This document shows, piece by piece, positions 18,185 to 28,189 of a DNA stretch of 64,000 bases; position 1 is the stretch's first letter, and each line of letters begins with the position of its first letter. Made by a program: the position numbers and the translations under genes. The stretch is from Bacteriovoracaceae bacterium. Lineage in GTDB: Bacteria > Bdellovibrionota > Bacteriovoracia > Bacteriovoracales > Bacteriovoracaceae. Where the stretch lies: NCBI GenBank assembly GCA_018649885.1, contig JABIHA010000069.1:1-64000 (forward strand), given 5' to 3'. The notes under the pieces were generated by a model that saw only the letters and a list, made by a program, of their open reading frames with translations, was not told the DNA's origin and did not search any database.

Positions 18185-18673
18185 ATGCCAAGGCCAAATA
18201 AACTTAAGACTTCAATTGATAAAATTAATACACTTCCAGCTGGTAGTTCTCTTTTGATTACCAAAGCACTGGGAATGATGATTAAGTTTGCAGGAACTGC
18301 GGGGATCGAATTTTTAAATCTCAGTGAAAAAAAAGTTGTTGTGAGGCTTAAAAATAAAAGAAAAGTTCAAAACCACTTGGGTCAGGTCCACGCTGCAGCT
18401 ATGGCGTTAACGGTTGAAACTGCCACAGGCTTTGTAGTGGGAATGAACCTACCCGATGATAAGATACCTCTTTTAAAGTCTATGCATATTGACTACGTCA
18501 AAAGATCTACAGGTGATCTTGTGGCCACTGCTACCTTGAGTGATGAGCAAATCGAGCAAATCAAAACCCTAGATAAAGGTGAAGTTTGTGTAAATGTGGA
18601 AATGATGGATGAAGAAGGGATCGAGCCAACCTCAGCACAGCTGACGTGGGCATGGATCCCCAAAAAACGTTAA
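18185..18673 (+). CDS. Hotdog-fold thioesterase (DUF4442/PaaI-like)
   Basis: VQNHLGQVHAAAMALTVETATG; KSMHIDYVKR. Confidence 0.88.
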   Translation: MPRPNKLKTSIDKINTLPAGSSLLITKALGMMIKFAGTAGIEFLNLSEKKVVVRLKNKRKVQNHLGQVHAAAMALTVETATGFVVGMNLPDDKIPLLKSMHIDYVKRSTGDLVATATLSDEQIEQIKTLDKGEVCVNVEMMDEEGIEPTSAQLTWAWIPKKR

Positions 18674-18819
18674 TTATTATGGCAAGTTGTAGGGTTAACA
18701 TCAACTTTAGAACAAATTGTTTTTGAAGCTATGCCAAATCTTTTCTGTGACTAAATTACTTTCATTCCTCATCTTTTTACAATACTGAAGTATAATCACT
18801 TATTCACTTCTATCCATTT

Positions 18820-19241
18820 CCTTATACGTTGACTTGCCCGAGAGGAAAAAATGAAAGTAATACACCATGAGAAAATGGATATTTATAAAAAATCTGTTCT
18901 TTTTCTGTCACATTCAGAGTCGATCATCCAAAAACTTCCAAAAGGAAGAAGAGAGTTTAAAGATCAATTGCAAAGAGCATCTTTATCTATTGTGCTCAAT
19001 TTTGCAGAGGGATATGGCAAATACAGTTCGCGAGATAAGCAAAGATTTTATTTAATTTCAAAAGGTAGTGCGCATGAATGTGCTGCTATTTTAGGTTGTA
19101 TGAATATATTAAAACTGATTGATGAAAAAGATCATTTAGTTGGAAAAAATTTACTTTATGAAATTATCTGTATTTTAGTAAAACTTTGCCAGTAATTCTC
19201 GGGCAAGGACAAGTGACAATCGGGCAAGTCAACGTATAAGG
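18820..19241. repeat. Perfect 22-bp inverted repeat flanking the four-helix-bundle gene
   Basis: CCTTATACGTTGACTTGCCCGA (18820-18841) / TCGGGCAAGTCAACGTATAAGG (19220-19241); extra partial arm TCTCGGGCAAG (19197-19207). Confidence 0.92.
18851..19195 (+). CDS. Four-helix-bundle protein (23S rRNA IVP / bAvd-like family)
   Basis: DQLQRASLSIVLNFAEG.G...RDKQRFY.IS.GSAHEC signature. Confidence 0.93.
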   Translation: MKVIHHEKMDIYKKSVLFLSHSESIIQKLPKGRREFKDQLQRASLSIVLNFAEGYGKYSSRDKQRFYLISKGSAHECAAILGCMNILKLIDEKDHLVGKNLLYEIICILVKLCQ

Positions 19242-19316
19242 TCCCCATATAAGAACATTCATTTCTATTTTAGATTTTTCCTTGAAAGTAGTACAAATAT
19301 TATAAACATCCTCAAT

Positions 19317-20711
19317 TTAAAAGGGCCCACAGACTTGAGCATTTTTAATATTTTTAGGGTAGTTACCAGGCCCATCAATCATTCTTTCATCGCCGGTAAG
19401 AACTGAATAAATTTGAGCGGAGTAGCTCTGAGCACTTTGCCTGCTCATTCCCATCATGGGCCAACCCCAAAGAGCTGAAAAGTAAATCCCACTTCTCTTA
19501 AAATGAGGTTCAGTCAAAAAGCTGCAGGCCTTGACATCCTCAACACATGAGCGGTTTGTAGGTGAGCCTCCAACCAGGTCAATAACAACGGTCCCATTTT
19601 GAAGTATATTATTTGTATGATCCTTGGTTAATAAAAAGAGTTTCCCTCTTTCTTCCACAGGTATCTCAGCTCCATTAACAATTAAATGAGACTCCTCAAT
19701 ATAGGGAAGGATTCTATTTGGAGTCGTATTTCTGGCGCCTAGAATATTGATTTTTTTAAAACGAGAGGAGTAGATTTCATCAATCGCACCCATCCCTACA
19801 TTTCCGTAGCCTAAGATTGTGGCTATCCCCTCTGAGTTTTCCGTCAGAAGTTTTGAATCACTATTAAGTAGTTTTATTCCGTACCTCGCCCCGGCCATTC
19901 CAGTAATGTGCAGGTTTTGGATTCTTCTTAGTCCAAACTCAAAGGGAGGATGTCTTTCTCGGTACTTTTTGATCGCCTCTACGCCTCGGTCATTTTCAAA
20001 GGCCGTTAAATCAAAAATAACACAGCCCTCATTTTTTAGTCTCTCAAAAACCTCTGGCTTGCCTTTGTAGGTTTTTGAATCATAAAAATAAAGTGAGTTT
20101 GGACCTTTATGAGTAAATTCTTCGTAGCCAGCGTAGTCGTGATAAAGAGTTAATGAATTTGTGAATCTATTTCCTGCCCTTCTGATTCCCCCAACGAGTC
20201 TGCTGTCATAGCCCACAATACAGATATTAAGGTTTTCTAAGTTATGGCCTTCAATGGCGTGGGCCATGGCCTTTTTTGAGAGAATAATTTCATCACTTAG
20301 ATTGTTGGGATGCTCTAATATTTCTTCCATCGCTATAACATTTATCTTGTGAGATTTTAATAGCGCGCCTCTGTCGGGATAAGAATTCATGTGGGCCATA
20401 CAAAAAAGCGTTGAGCCCTCTTTCATTAAAGGTATTGATTCCAGTGATGGCCCTTTAAATTTGATCATGAGGTCTTTGTCTGCGTAAATTTCATCGCTTG
20501 ATTGGATCTTAGCCCCCGCAGCGATATATTCACTGTCAGCAATGCCTAGCTTTTCACCGCAACCCGCCTCAAAGAAAAATTCACTGCACTCTTGTGCTAG
20601 CAGTGCGACTTCTTTGGGAAATAGCGCCACTCTCTTTTCAAGCGCTCCCGGGTTTTCAGGGGACTCATTTTCTTTTAATAGTGCAATTTTATCAAACTTA
20701 GTATTTTTCAT
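19317..20711 (-). CDS. Alanine dehydrogenase/PNT superfamily oxidoreductase (CEOS-like) with internal insertion
   Basis: LKENE...EKRVALFP, EAGCGEKLGIADSEY.AAGA, ILGYGNVGMG Rossmann motif, VVIDL. Confidence 0.75.
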   Translation of the reverse strand: MKNTKFDKIALLKENESPENPGALEKRVALFPKEVALLAQECSEFFFEAGCGEKLGIADSEYIAAGAKIQSSDEIYADKDLMIKFKGPSLESIPLMKEGSTLFCMAHMNSYPDRGALLKSHKINVIAMEEILEHPNNLSDEIILSKKAMAHAIEGHNLENLNICIVGYDSRLVGGIRRAGNRFTNSLTLYHDYAGYEEFTHKGPNSLYFYDSKTYKGKPEVFERLKNEGCVIFDLTAFENDRGVEAIKKYRERHPPFEFGLRRIQNLHITGMAGARYGIKLLNSDSKLLTENSEGIATILGYGNVGMGAIDEIYSSRFKKINILGARNTTPNRILPYIEESHLIVNGAEIPVEERGKLFLLTKDHTNNILQNGTVVIDLVGGSPTNRSCVEDVKACSFLTEPHFKRSGIYFSALWGWPMMGMSRQSAQSYSAQIYSVLTGDERMIDGPGNYPKNIKNAQVCGPF

Positions 20712-20735
20712 GAAACTGAGTTTAACATATCTGGG

Positions 20736-22373
20736 TTAAATGGCCAAAACCTCAATCTCCTCCTCACTTTCCTCTTCTTGAGTATGATGAGATTTTTTAT
20801 GATACTTGCTAGCTCTTCCACTAGGATCCTCATCATGTTCTTGCCACTTAGGAATCCACTTTTGGGTAAGCTTTGTTGCTTCATGGTGATCAAATAGCTC
20901 TTCAAATATTTTTCTATATAAAAAGGCTTCTTTGGTTCTTGGTGTGTTGTGGGGGTAAAATAGGTGTCTTCTTTTGAATTCACCATCTGTAATGGCCTGT
21001 TCACAATACTCTTTTAGTCCATCAACCCAAGAGTAGCCTACACCGTCTTGAAATTGCTCTTTTTGCCTCCAAAGAATTGAATCGGGGAGGTATGGGGATT
21101 GTGGTGTATCAAAGGCCTTCCTAAGAACATATTTTTCAATACGCGATCCAAATTTTGATTCTTTTAAACGCGGATCAACTTCCATACTGTCTTTTAGGAA
21201 GTCTAGATCTAAAAAAGGGACTCTTGCTTCTACTCCGGCACCCATAGTCGCTCTATCTGCTCTTAGCACATCTGATTTGTGTAAGAAATCTATTCTTCTA
21301 ACACATTCTTTATGGAATTCAGCAGGGCAGGGTGCTTCATTGAAATAGAGGTAGCCACCAAAAATTTCGTCAGCTCCCTCTCCAGAGAGAACAACTTTGA
21401 CCCCTTGATCTTTTATATATTTGGACATGATAAGCATTGGGATTGAACACCTAATAGTGGTTACATCATAGGTTTCAATTTTTAAAATTGTCTCTTTGAT
21501 GTGCTCAATTCCCTGCTCAACACTGAATACTACGTCGTGGTGTTCAGTTCCAATAAAATCGGCTACCTTTCTTGCGGCAACCATGTCATGAGCATCTTTA
21601 GAGACTCCAACTGAGAAGGATTTTACTTTCGCTTCACTACCTTTCATTTCTCTGGCCACAATTGATGAGACAAGTGATGAATCAAGGCCACCTGATAGTA
21701 GAACCCCGAGTGGGACATCGCTCATCAGCCTTTTTCTAACAGAGGCCTCAAGGGAGGCCCTAATTTTATCTGCACCAGCACTTGGGATATCTTCTGGGGC
21801 TTCCTTCCACTTTGGTGTGTAATATTTTACAAAGCCACTTTCTAATGTGTAGTAGTGGCCAGGAGGAAATTCTTCGATTTTTTCACATGGACCCACAAGG
21901 GATTTGGTTTCGCTGGCAAACCAAAGGTCTCCATCCTCATCAATTCCGTAATAAAGAGGTTTAACTCCGATCGGGTCTCTGGCGACAAATACTTTTGCTC
22001 CATCTAACAAAATGAAGGCAAACACTCCATCGAGTAAGCTTACACACTGTTCACCCATCTCTTCCCAAAGGTGCAAAATAATTTCAGAATCAGATTCGGA
22101 GCAGTGGGTGTGAGTCGATTTTAATCCATCCCAAAGCTGATGATGGTTATATATCTCACCGTTGTGAATTAGGTGAGCTCCAGAGCAACCTTTTAGGGGC
22201 TGTCTACCGGTTGTTAAATCATTTATGGAAAGACGCTCATGACAAAGTGTGCGCTGGTGGACAGGGTCTGTGTAGACACCTCTTTCATCTGGACCTCTAT
22301 GTCCCATTTTGAAAGACTCTTTTTGGGCCATACTAGAATCTGATTTTCCTATAACTGCTAAAATTCCGCACAT
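20736..22373 (-). CDS. asnB: Asparagine synthetase B (glutamine-hydrolysing)
   Basis: MCGI N-terminus, HRGPD, HERLSI, NGEIYN, LLSGGLDSS, SGEGADE, WRQKEQF. Confidence 0.95.
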   Translation of the reverse strand: MCGILAVIGKSDSSMAQKESFKMGHRGPDERGVYTDPVHQRTLCHERLSINDLTTGRQPLKGCSGAHLIHNGEIYNHHQLWDGLKSTHTHCSESDSEIILHLWEEMGEQCVSLLDGVFAFILLDGAKVFVARDPIGVKPLYYGIDEDGDLWFASETKSLVGPCEKIEEFPPGHYYTLESGFVKYYTPKWKEAPEDIPSAGADKIRASLEASVRKRLMSDVPLGVLLSGGLDSSLVSSIVAREMKGSEAKVKSFSVGVSKDAHDMVAARKVADFIGTEHHDVVFSVEQGIEHIKETILKIETYDVTTIRCSIPMLIMSKYIKDQGVKVVLSGEGADEIFGGYLYFNEAPCPAEFHKECVRRIDFLHKSDVLRADRATMGAGVEARVPFLDLDFLKDSMEVDPRLKESKFGSRIEKYVLRKAFDTPQSPYLPDSILWRQKEQFQDGVGYSWVDGLKEYCEQAITDGEFKRRHLFYPHNTPRTKEAFLYRKIFEELFDHHEATKLTQKWIPKWQEHDEDPSGRASKYHKKSHHTQEEESEEEIEVLAI

Positions 22374-22470
22374 GAGTCTTCTCCTTGGTGGGGGCCGCCT
22401 GGTGCGGTCAGTTTGACGAATTTACATCATTTTCGTGAAATGATTGAACAATATTTAGTAAAAAGAGGCA

Positions 22471-22492
22471 TTTTTAGTAAATTTACTAAAAA
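22471..22492. promoter_or_regulatory. Perfect 22-bp palindrome upstream of asnB (putative operator)
   Basis: TTTTTAGTAAA|TTTACTAAAAA, with an extra half-site TTTAGTAAA at ~22454. Confidence 0.5.
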
Positions 22493-22600
22493 AAGGTTGT
22501 TTTAGTTGAAAAAAGGCAAGGAAGGTGATGTTTTTGCGCTATAAATTGTTAAATTTGTAATGGGAAGTTGGCCCCTGTGGGGGGCCTTTTTCCAACGGGA

Positions 22601-22861
22601 CTAGTTTTGAGCGACTAGATCATTTACTAGATCAATATATTTTTGTTTTGCTGACTCTGTCTCCGTTCCCTTTAATTCGTTCCATGCATCAAATTTTGCC
22701 CGACCTTTTATGTCTAACATTCCAGGTCTTTTTCCCGATACATCACCCGTAGATCCTTGCTTAAAGCAAGCATATAGCTTCAATAGAACTTCGTTAGATG
22801 GCTTCTGGGAAAGGCTTGTGACATCAAATGCTGCTTTCTCAAAATCTTCCTGAATACCCAT
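22601..22861 (-). CDS. Acyl-CoA-binding protein
   Basis: LLKLYACFKQGSTGD...RPG.LD.KGRAKFDAW. Confidence 0.93.
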   Translation of the reverse strand: MGIQEDFEKAAFDVTSLSQKPSNEVLLKLYACFKQGSTGDVSGKRPGMLDIKGRAKFDAWNELKGTETESAKQKYIDLVNDLVAQN

Positions 22862-22996
22862 TTGCTCTCCTTTCATAAAAAAATAAATTATACCTATTAG
22901 ATACTAGTTCTATCAACTAGCAGGGGCAAATTTTATCGCTATATAGTGTTAAGTCATTTGAATTTAAAATATAACAAAGGGTGGTAATAAAATAAT

Positions 22997-24328
22997 ATGA
23001 GTAAAACCGTATTACTCGAAGAGTCAGAAAAAAAGAGGGAGCTATTTGCTCTCAATCTCAACATGTATGTTGGTACGGATGTTATTGCCAGAGAAAGCCA
23101 AAAAGCAGTCATCGAGCTCCTTGAAATATTACCAGAAATTGATCTCATCATTGTCAGAAATACTATTGGTGGAAAAGATGCGGCGTCTGAGCTTATTCAG
23201 TATTTGAAAGCAAAACAACTTGAGATCCCTGTGATTGTTTTGGGGGGGCCCTCAAAAAATGAAGAACACGCAGAAGTTCTGAGTGAAGATTGCGAAATGC
23301 CTGATGTTGTTAAGGCAGCCGCAAAACTTTTAGGTGTAACGGCAAAAATGATGGCCGAAAAAAACTCTCCAGAGTTTTTTCCTATAGATCTTAAGTTTTT
23401 CTATAATTTAGACAGCTCTCCATGTGACGTTTATGTCAGAATTCATAAAGGTAAAGGGGATTATCAGTTTGTTAAAAGAATTCATCAAAGTGATACTCTC
23501 GATGAAGACTCCCTTGAGAAGTATTCTACAAAGGGAGTGAAAGAGCTCTACGTGGAAAGTAAATTTAGACTTTCTTTCACAAAGTATTTCACCGAAACTC
23601 TTGTGAAAAAACTTGATGATGACACTCTTACAACAGCAGAAAGAATGAAGCTCGGAGCCACTAGCTATGATTTTGTGGCAGAAGACCTTCAAAACCTAGG
23701 ACTTACTGAAGATAACATTGCGCTCGCAAGTGCGAGTATTAAGGCCATGTCTAAGAATGTGGCGCAGACTCCTAAGCTTAGATCTATGCTGGCCTCACTT
23801 ATGAGTAATAAGGCAAGCTTTAGGTACAAGCATTGTCAGCTTTTAACATTTATCACATTTCACATTGTGGGAAATATGGAGTGGGGCTCTAAGGAGCAAA
23901 CAGAAAAATTAAGTTTTGTCGCTTATTTCCACGATATTATCCTTACTGACGATGTGGAGGCACTTGTCCATACCATTGAGGATTTTGAAAAATTTGACGG
24001 TAGCAAAGAAGTTTTAGATCGTGTGAAAAAGCACGCCATGTTGGCATCTGAGTTGACTAAAAATTATCCTAGTCTTCCCATTGGAGCTGATACCTTAATA
24101 AGACAACATCATGGAACTAAAAATGGTGTAGGTTTTACTGATCATCCTTCAGCAGGTATCTCGCCTCTTGCTGTGGTTTTTATTGTGGCAGAAGATTTTG
24201 TTCATCGGTTATTAAAAAAGGGAGTCGAGAATTTTGATAAAGAGAGTGCTCTCCATAAAATGGAAGAAAGATTCACTAGCTCTAAGTATAGGAAGGCAAT
24301 TCAAGCCTTAAGAGAAGCTAAAATTTAG
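22997..24328 (+). CDS. Pseudo-receiver + HD(-GYP-like) domain protein
   Basis: Degenerate receiver N-terminus; YFHD and HHGTKNGVGF. Confidence 0.78.
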   Translation: MSKTVLLEESEKKRELFALNLNMYVGTDVIARESQKAVIELLEILPEIDLIIVRNTIGGKDAASELIQYLKAKQLEIPVIVLGGPSKNEEHAEVLSEDCEMPDVVKAAAKLLGVTAKMMAEKNSPEFFPIDLKFFYNLDSSPCDVYVRIHKGKGDYQFVKRIHQSDTLDEDSLEKYSTKGVKELYVESKFRLSFTKYFTETLVKKLDDDTLTTAERMKLGATSYDFVAEDLQNLGLTEDNIALASASIKAMSKNVAQTPKLRSMLASLMSNKASFRYKHCQLLTFITFHIVGNMEWGSKEQTEKLSFVAYFHDIILTDDVEALVHTIEDFEKFDGSKEVLDRVKKHAMLASELTKNYPSLPIGADTLIRQHHGTKNGVGFTDHPSAGISPLAVVFIVAEDFVHRLLKKGVENFDKESALHKMEERFTSSKYRKAIQALREAKI

Positions 24329-24345
24329 GTATTGGTATAAACCAG

Positions 24346-24954
24346 CTATCGCAATTTTGTTTCTTCTAATTTAACCAAATTATTCTCAATTAAATGGTCA
24401 AATAAAATGAGGCAGATCCATGCATCCGTCGCTGCGTAGACCAATTGGCGAGGGCCTAGATCTGGTGCTTGCCAGTTGGTCAGCTTGTATTTTTTTGAAA
24501 GTCTTTGTTTTAAGAAAATCCCCGTTAGGCTTTGGAGACCTTGAGTGATTATTTTTAGATTTGCTGCAACCTCCCCAAGATCTATTAGTGACTGGGGGTG
24601 AAAGTCAGCAAGTTTTTTAAGGCCTCTAATATCATCTAGAAGTGCAAGGCCTATTTTGAAAATATTTTTATCTTCAAGTATTTCAAGCAGTCCTTCCGGG
24701 AAGCCTATTTTATTAAGTCTAAATAAGTAGGCCTTGTCTTCAGTGCTGAATTGTAGCAGTGAGACGGAGTAGCTTTCCCCTTTTTTAAAGGAGGGTTTTG
24801 ATTCAGTGTCAATTCCTAGAATTCGTTGAGCCTTAAGCTCTTTGATAGCTGAGCTAACCTGGTCTTCACTATCGACGACAATAATAGGGCCAGTAAACTC
24901 AACTATAGGGAAGTGTTTGATTTCACTTTTTTCAATGCGTTTTAAATATTCCAT
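24346..24954 (-). CDS. 3'-5' exonuclease (DEDDy, WRN/RNase D-like)
   Basis: LGIDTES, TNW, YAATDAW. Confidence 0.92.
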   Translation of the reverse strand: MEYLKRIEKSEIKHFPIVEFTGPIIVVDSEDQVSSAIKELKAQRILGIDTESKPSFKKGESYSVSLLQFSTEDKAYLFRLNKIGFPEGLLEILEDKNIFKIGLALLDDIRGLKKLADFHPQSLIDLGEVAANLKIITQGLQSLTGIFLKQRLSKKYKLTNWQAPDLGPRQLVYAATDAWICLILFDHLIENNLVKLEETKLR

Positions 24955-25128
24955 GAGTATTCCATAGTTGACTTAAAACCAACCCTTGTAAAGTAATAAC
25001 AGAAAAAAATGGTTGCTTAGCAGAAAGGCTGGGTGATTCTATGGGTTTGAATTGAATAGCTTTTGAAAATATGGGAAACTGTCACATTATATATTTTTCG
25101 AAACCATTTCAAAGGTTAGCAGTAAAAA

Positions 25129-26109
25129 ATGTCAACTGAGCCAAAAAATGAATATTGTAGGGTCCCCATTAAACTGATCCTAGAGCACGGCGATGATTTT
25201 CCCTTTGATATTTATTTGAAGCTGGGTCCGGCAAAAATTATCAAACTTAGTCATAGAAATGAGGATATCAAGGAAACCTTTCTTCGTTATAAGGAAAAAG
25301 GGGTTGAAGATGTTTTTGTTTTGCAGCGAGAGATGAGTGCTTTTATCAAGCAGTTGAGAAAAAATATGGCCAATCGTTTCTTTGACTCTGGAACACTTCC
25401 CACCAGAGAAGCCGTTAGTATTTTGGATTCCGGTTATATGGTGACAAAAGAGGCTTTTATGAAACTGGGGGTTAATGAGACAACCCTGGCGGTTGCTAAA
25501 GAGGTCAACGAGTTCTCAGTCAAAATGCTCAAAAAAGTTCCCAATATTTTTGAATTTTTTAAGCAGTTTCGTGAGGATTGCGAAAAGTCTTTTATGAAGC
25601 AATTGATGGTTGCCTACTCAACCTCTTGCATGATTGATACATTTGATTGGAAGTCTCAACAAATTAAAGAAAAAACGGCCATGGCAGCAATGCTTTGTGA
25701 TGTTTTATTAACAGAATCACAAATCGAATTAGTGAATCAAGCCGAAAAAGTTGCTGATGGTGATTGGGATGCCCATCTTCCAAGAGAAATTTTAGAACAC
25801 CCAACTAAGCTATCGAGTATGCTGATGCCTCAAAGGCATACTATTTCGACGGAGACAATTGGGATTATTGAAGTTCACCACGAGTTGCCCAACGGAGATG
25901 GTTTTCCCAGGGGAATTACTGCTGATAGGCTAACACTTCTTCCATGCATTTATATTGTGGCCAATAAATTTATCACACTTATGATTGATTCAGGATTTGA
26001 TTACAGACAAAGAGATAGCATGTTGCAAACTCTTGAAGATAATTATAGTCGAGGCAATTTCAAAAAGGCCGTACGCTCACTTTATAAAATGCTAGGTATG
26101 GTCGTCTGA
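25129..26109 (+). CDS. Degenerate HD-GYP protein
   Basis: LCD replaces HD; HHELPNGDGFPRG retained. Confidence 0.75.
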   Translation: MSTEPKNEYCRVPIKLILEHGDDFPFDIYLKLGPAKIIKLSHRNEDIKETFLRYKEKGVEDVFVLQREMSAFIKQLRKNMANRFFDSGTLPTREAVSILDSGYMVTKEAFMKLGVNETTLAVAKEVNEFSVKMLKKVPNIFEFFKQFREDCEKSFMKQLMVAYSTSCMIDTFDWKSQQIKEKTAMAAMLCDVLLTESQIELVNQAEKVADGDWDAHLPREILEHPTKLSSMLMPQRHTISTETIGIIEVHHELPNGDGFPRGITADRLTLLPCIYIVANKFITLMIDSGFDYRQRDSMLQTLEDNYSRGNFKKAVRSLYKMLGMVV

Positions 26110-27041
26110 TCAAGTTCTATGGAGTCATTATCATAGCTAATACCATGGTAGTCTTGTAACTCAAGAGCTAGAAAATCAGAGGCACTCTTGAAGTCACCCG
26201 GATTTTCCAGCTTAAGCATATTTGCCATAAGAGCAAATACATCACAGCAAGTGAGCCCACGTTTTCTGAGCTCATTTAAACAAGTACTCTTTTTAGATTT
26301 TGCCAATTTTTGTCCAGACTCAACGACCATGGCATGATGGAAAAACAGTGTATTCAAAAATGGTCCTTGATTCAAGGCCCCTGCAAGTGCCAGTTGAGAG
26401 GCAGATGAATCTAATAAGTCATGTCCTCTTACAATGAAATTGATTCCCAACTTTACATCTTCCATCAATGAGACAAGGTGGTAGCCAGCTACGCCGTCAC
26501 TTCTTTTTAAGACAAAGTCATCACACTGGTAGTGGTACTCACTTCCCCAAATATCTTTTAAAGCAATGCGTGCATTGCCTGAATTGAATCGCCAGCTGTG
26601 TTCACCTTCTGTGATAGGAAGACTCAGCTCCTTGCATCTCCGGTCATAGATGCCACTCTCGGAGCGTGAATCGATTTGTTTTCTAGTGCATTCACAGGCG
26701 TAAAAAAAATTGGGGTAGTGTTCTTTTAAGAAATCCAAGTATGAGGCTGAGCTTGCAATTTGTGAGTAGTTTTTTTTATGGTCAGCTAAATCCTTTGGTC
26801 CTCTGTCAAAGCCAAGGCCTAGCCAATCAAGAGAATCAAAGATATCGATGATAAATGAATCTCTGACTCTTGACTGGTCGAAATCATCTATTCTTAGAGT
26901 AAGCGTACCCCCAGATTTTTTAACAAAAACCCAGGTCAGTAAGAATGAAAGGATATTGCCAAGATGGAGGTAGCCAGAAGGAGTGGGGGCGATTCTCGAG
27001 TGCAAACCCTTCAGATCTTTAAAAGATTTCTTCGGCTTCAA
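26082..27041 (-). CDS. gluQ: Glutamyl-Q tRNA(Asp) synthetase-like protein (GluRS catalytic domain only)
   Basis: RIAPTPSGYLHLGN, LRIDD, CECTR, IVRGHDL, KLAKS; no anticodon-binding domain. Confidence 0.8.
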   Translation of the reverse strand: MKPKKSFKDLKGLHSRIAPTPSGYLHLGNILSFLLTWVFVKKSGGTLTLRIDDFDQSRVRDSFIIDIFDSLDWLGLGFDRGPKDLADHKKNYSQIASSASYLDFLKEHYPNFFYACECTRKQIDSRSESGIYDRRCKELSLPITEGEHSWRFNSGNARIALKDIWGSEYHYQCDDFVLKRSDGVAGYHLVSLMEDVKLGINFIVRGHDLLDSSASQLALAGALNQGPFLNTLFFHHAMVVESGQKLAKSKKSTCLNELRKRGLTCCDVFALMANMLKLENPGDFKSASDFLALELQDYHGISYDNDSIELDQTTIPSIL

Positions 27042-28035
27042 GAACGTCCTTAAGCTTTTTCACAATGTTTAATTTATAGTGGCCCATTTCTTGCTGCAAT
27101 AGCTGTTGATAAGCTTCAACAGGATCAATTCTATATACGGAAACCTTTTTATCGTAAAGATTTATCATTGACAAAATTTGTGAGAGATCATCCATTTTTT
27201 GAAGTTTTTGTGGATAACCTTCACCTTGAAGTTTTTCATGGTGGCACTCCACAAGTTTGAGGATTTCTGGGTTAATGTAGCTTTTATTACTAAGTATTCT
27301 CACAGCATCTTTAACGTGGGGTTGATACATTCTTTTGTCATCTGGAGACATTCTTCTATCTTCTCTACCAAAAAGAAGATTTAGCTCTTCACCCCTTATT
27401 GATGAAAGGCCTATGTCGTGGACTAGGGCAGCTGCGCCAAGATGATCTAGATCTTTTCCTCTATAGCCCATGGCAAATGCGAGTCTCACACTGAGTGCAG
27501 AAACATTCTTGCAATGATTTTCGATCAGGTCTGTTTTCTTTCCTTTTTTAGAGAAGATTTTTTTCAAAGCTTTTGGATTATCTTGAATTATTTTTCGAAG
27601 ACCCTTGGCCGCTTTTTCTGTTAGCACAAATGCTTGCTTACTTTCAGGTTCTGAAAAAATGACCTCGACAGCTGTTGTGGCAATTTCTTCAATAATAGAA
27701 AATCTCTCTTCGGCCTCTAGGTCTTCACTTTCAATTGCCTCTTCAATGCTGTCATCAAAGTAGCCTTCAAAGGCCTCGGCATCTGCTTTTGGGATAAAAA
27801 GTCTTTCAACATCTTTACTTTTAAGAGATTCAATTTGTTTGATTTTATCTAGCTTTTCTTCTTCAATTCCCTGGCCTTTAGGAATGTATTTTAAATATTT
27901 GTCAGCGATTTTGACGAATAGATCAAAATCAAATGGACAGTTGGCCCTAATCATTTCAATACTGATAGGCATTAACTCATCGAGTGTTTTGTAAGCATCG
28001 GGATTTGGATCTTTTTTAGCAACTAGAAAGCTCAA
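27019..28035 (-). CDS. HD-GYP domain protein
   Basis: LVHDIG and HHEKLQGEGYP. Confidence 0.85.
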   Translation of the reverse strand: MSFLVAKKDPNPDAYKTLDELMPISIEMIRANCPFDFDLFVKIADKYLKYIPKGQGIEEEKLDKIKQIESLKSKDVERLFIPKADAEAFEGYFDDSIEEAIESEDLEAEERFSIIEEIATTAVEVIFSEPESKQAFVLTEKAAKGLRKIIQDNPKALKKIFSKKGKKTDLIENHCKNVSALSVRLAFAMGYRGKDLDHLGAAALVHDIGLSSIRGEELNLLFGREDRRMSPDDKRMYQPHVKDAVRILSNKSYINPEILKLVECHHEKLQGEGYPQKLQKMDDLSQILSMINLYDKKVSVYRIDPVEAYQQLLQQEMGHYKLNIVKKLKDVLEAEEIF

Positions 28036-28134
28036 GTATACCTCTACCTTTAGTTTCGCACTTACATATATTATAAAAGTAGTTAAGTATAATTCAACTG
28101 ACTAGGTTCATAGGCAAAATAGGCGCATTTAAAA

Positions 28135-28150
28135 TGGAGCAATACTTGCT
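28135..28150 (+). promoter_or_regulatory. sigma54-like promoter
   Basis: TGGAGC-AATAC-TTGCT with GG/GC at -24/-12 spacing, 40 bp before the 28190 start. Confidence 0.5.
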
Positions 28151-28189
28151 TCTTTCTCACAGGCCCGAAGTTCTTTATTATATGAAAGA

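Noticed and set aside
18851..19195. DGR Avd gene or true rRNA intervening sequence
   Set aside because: No reverse transcriptase, TR/VR pair or rRNA sequence in the window.
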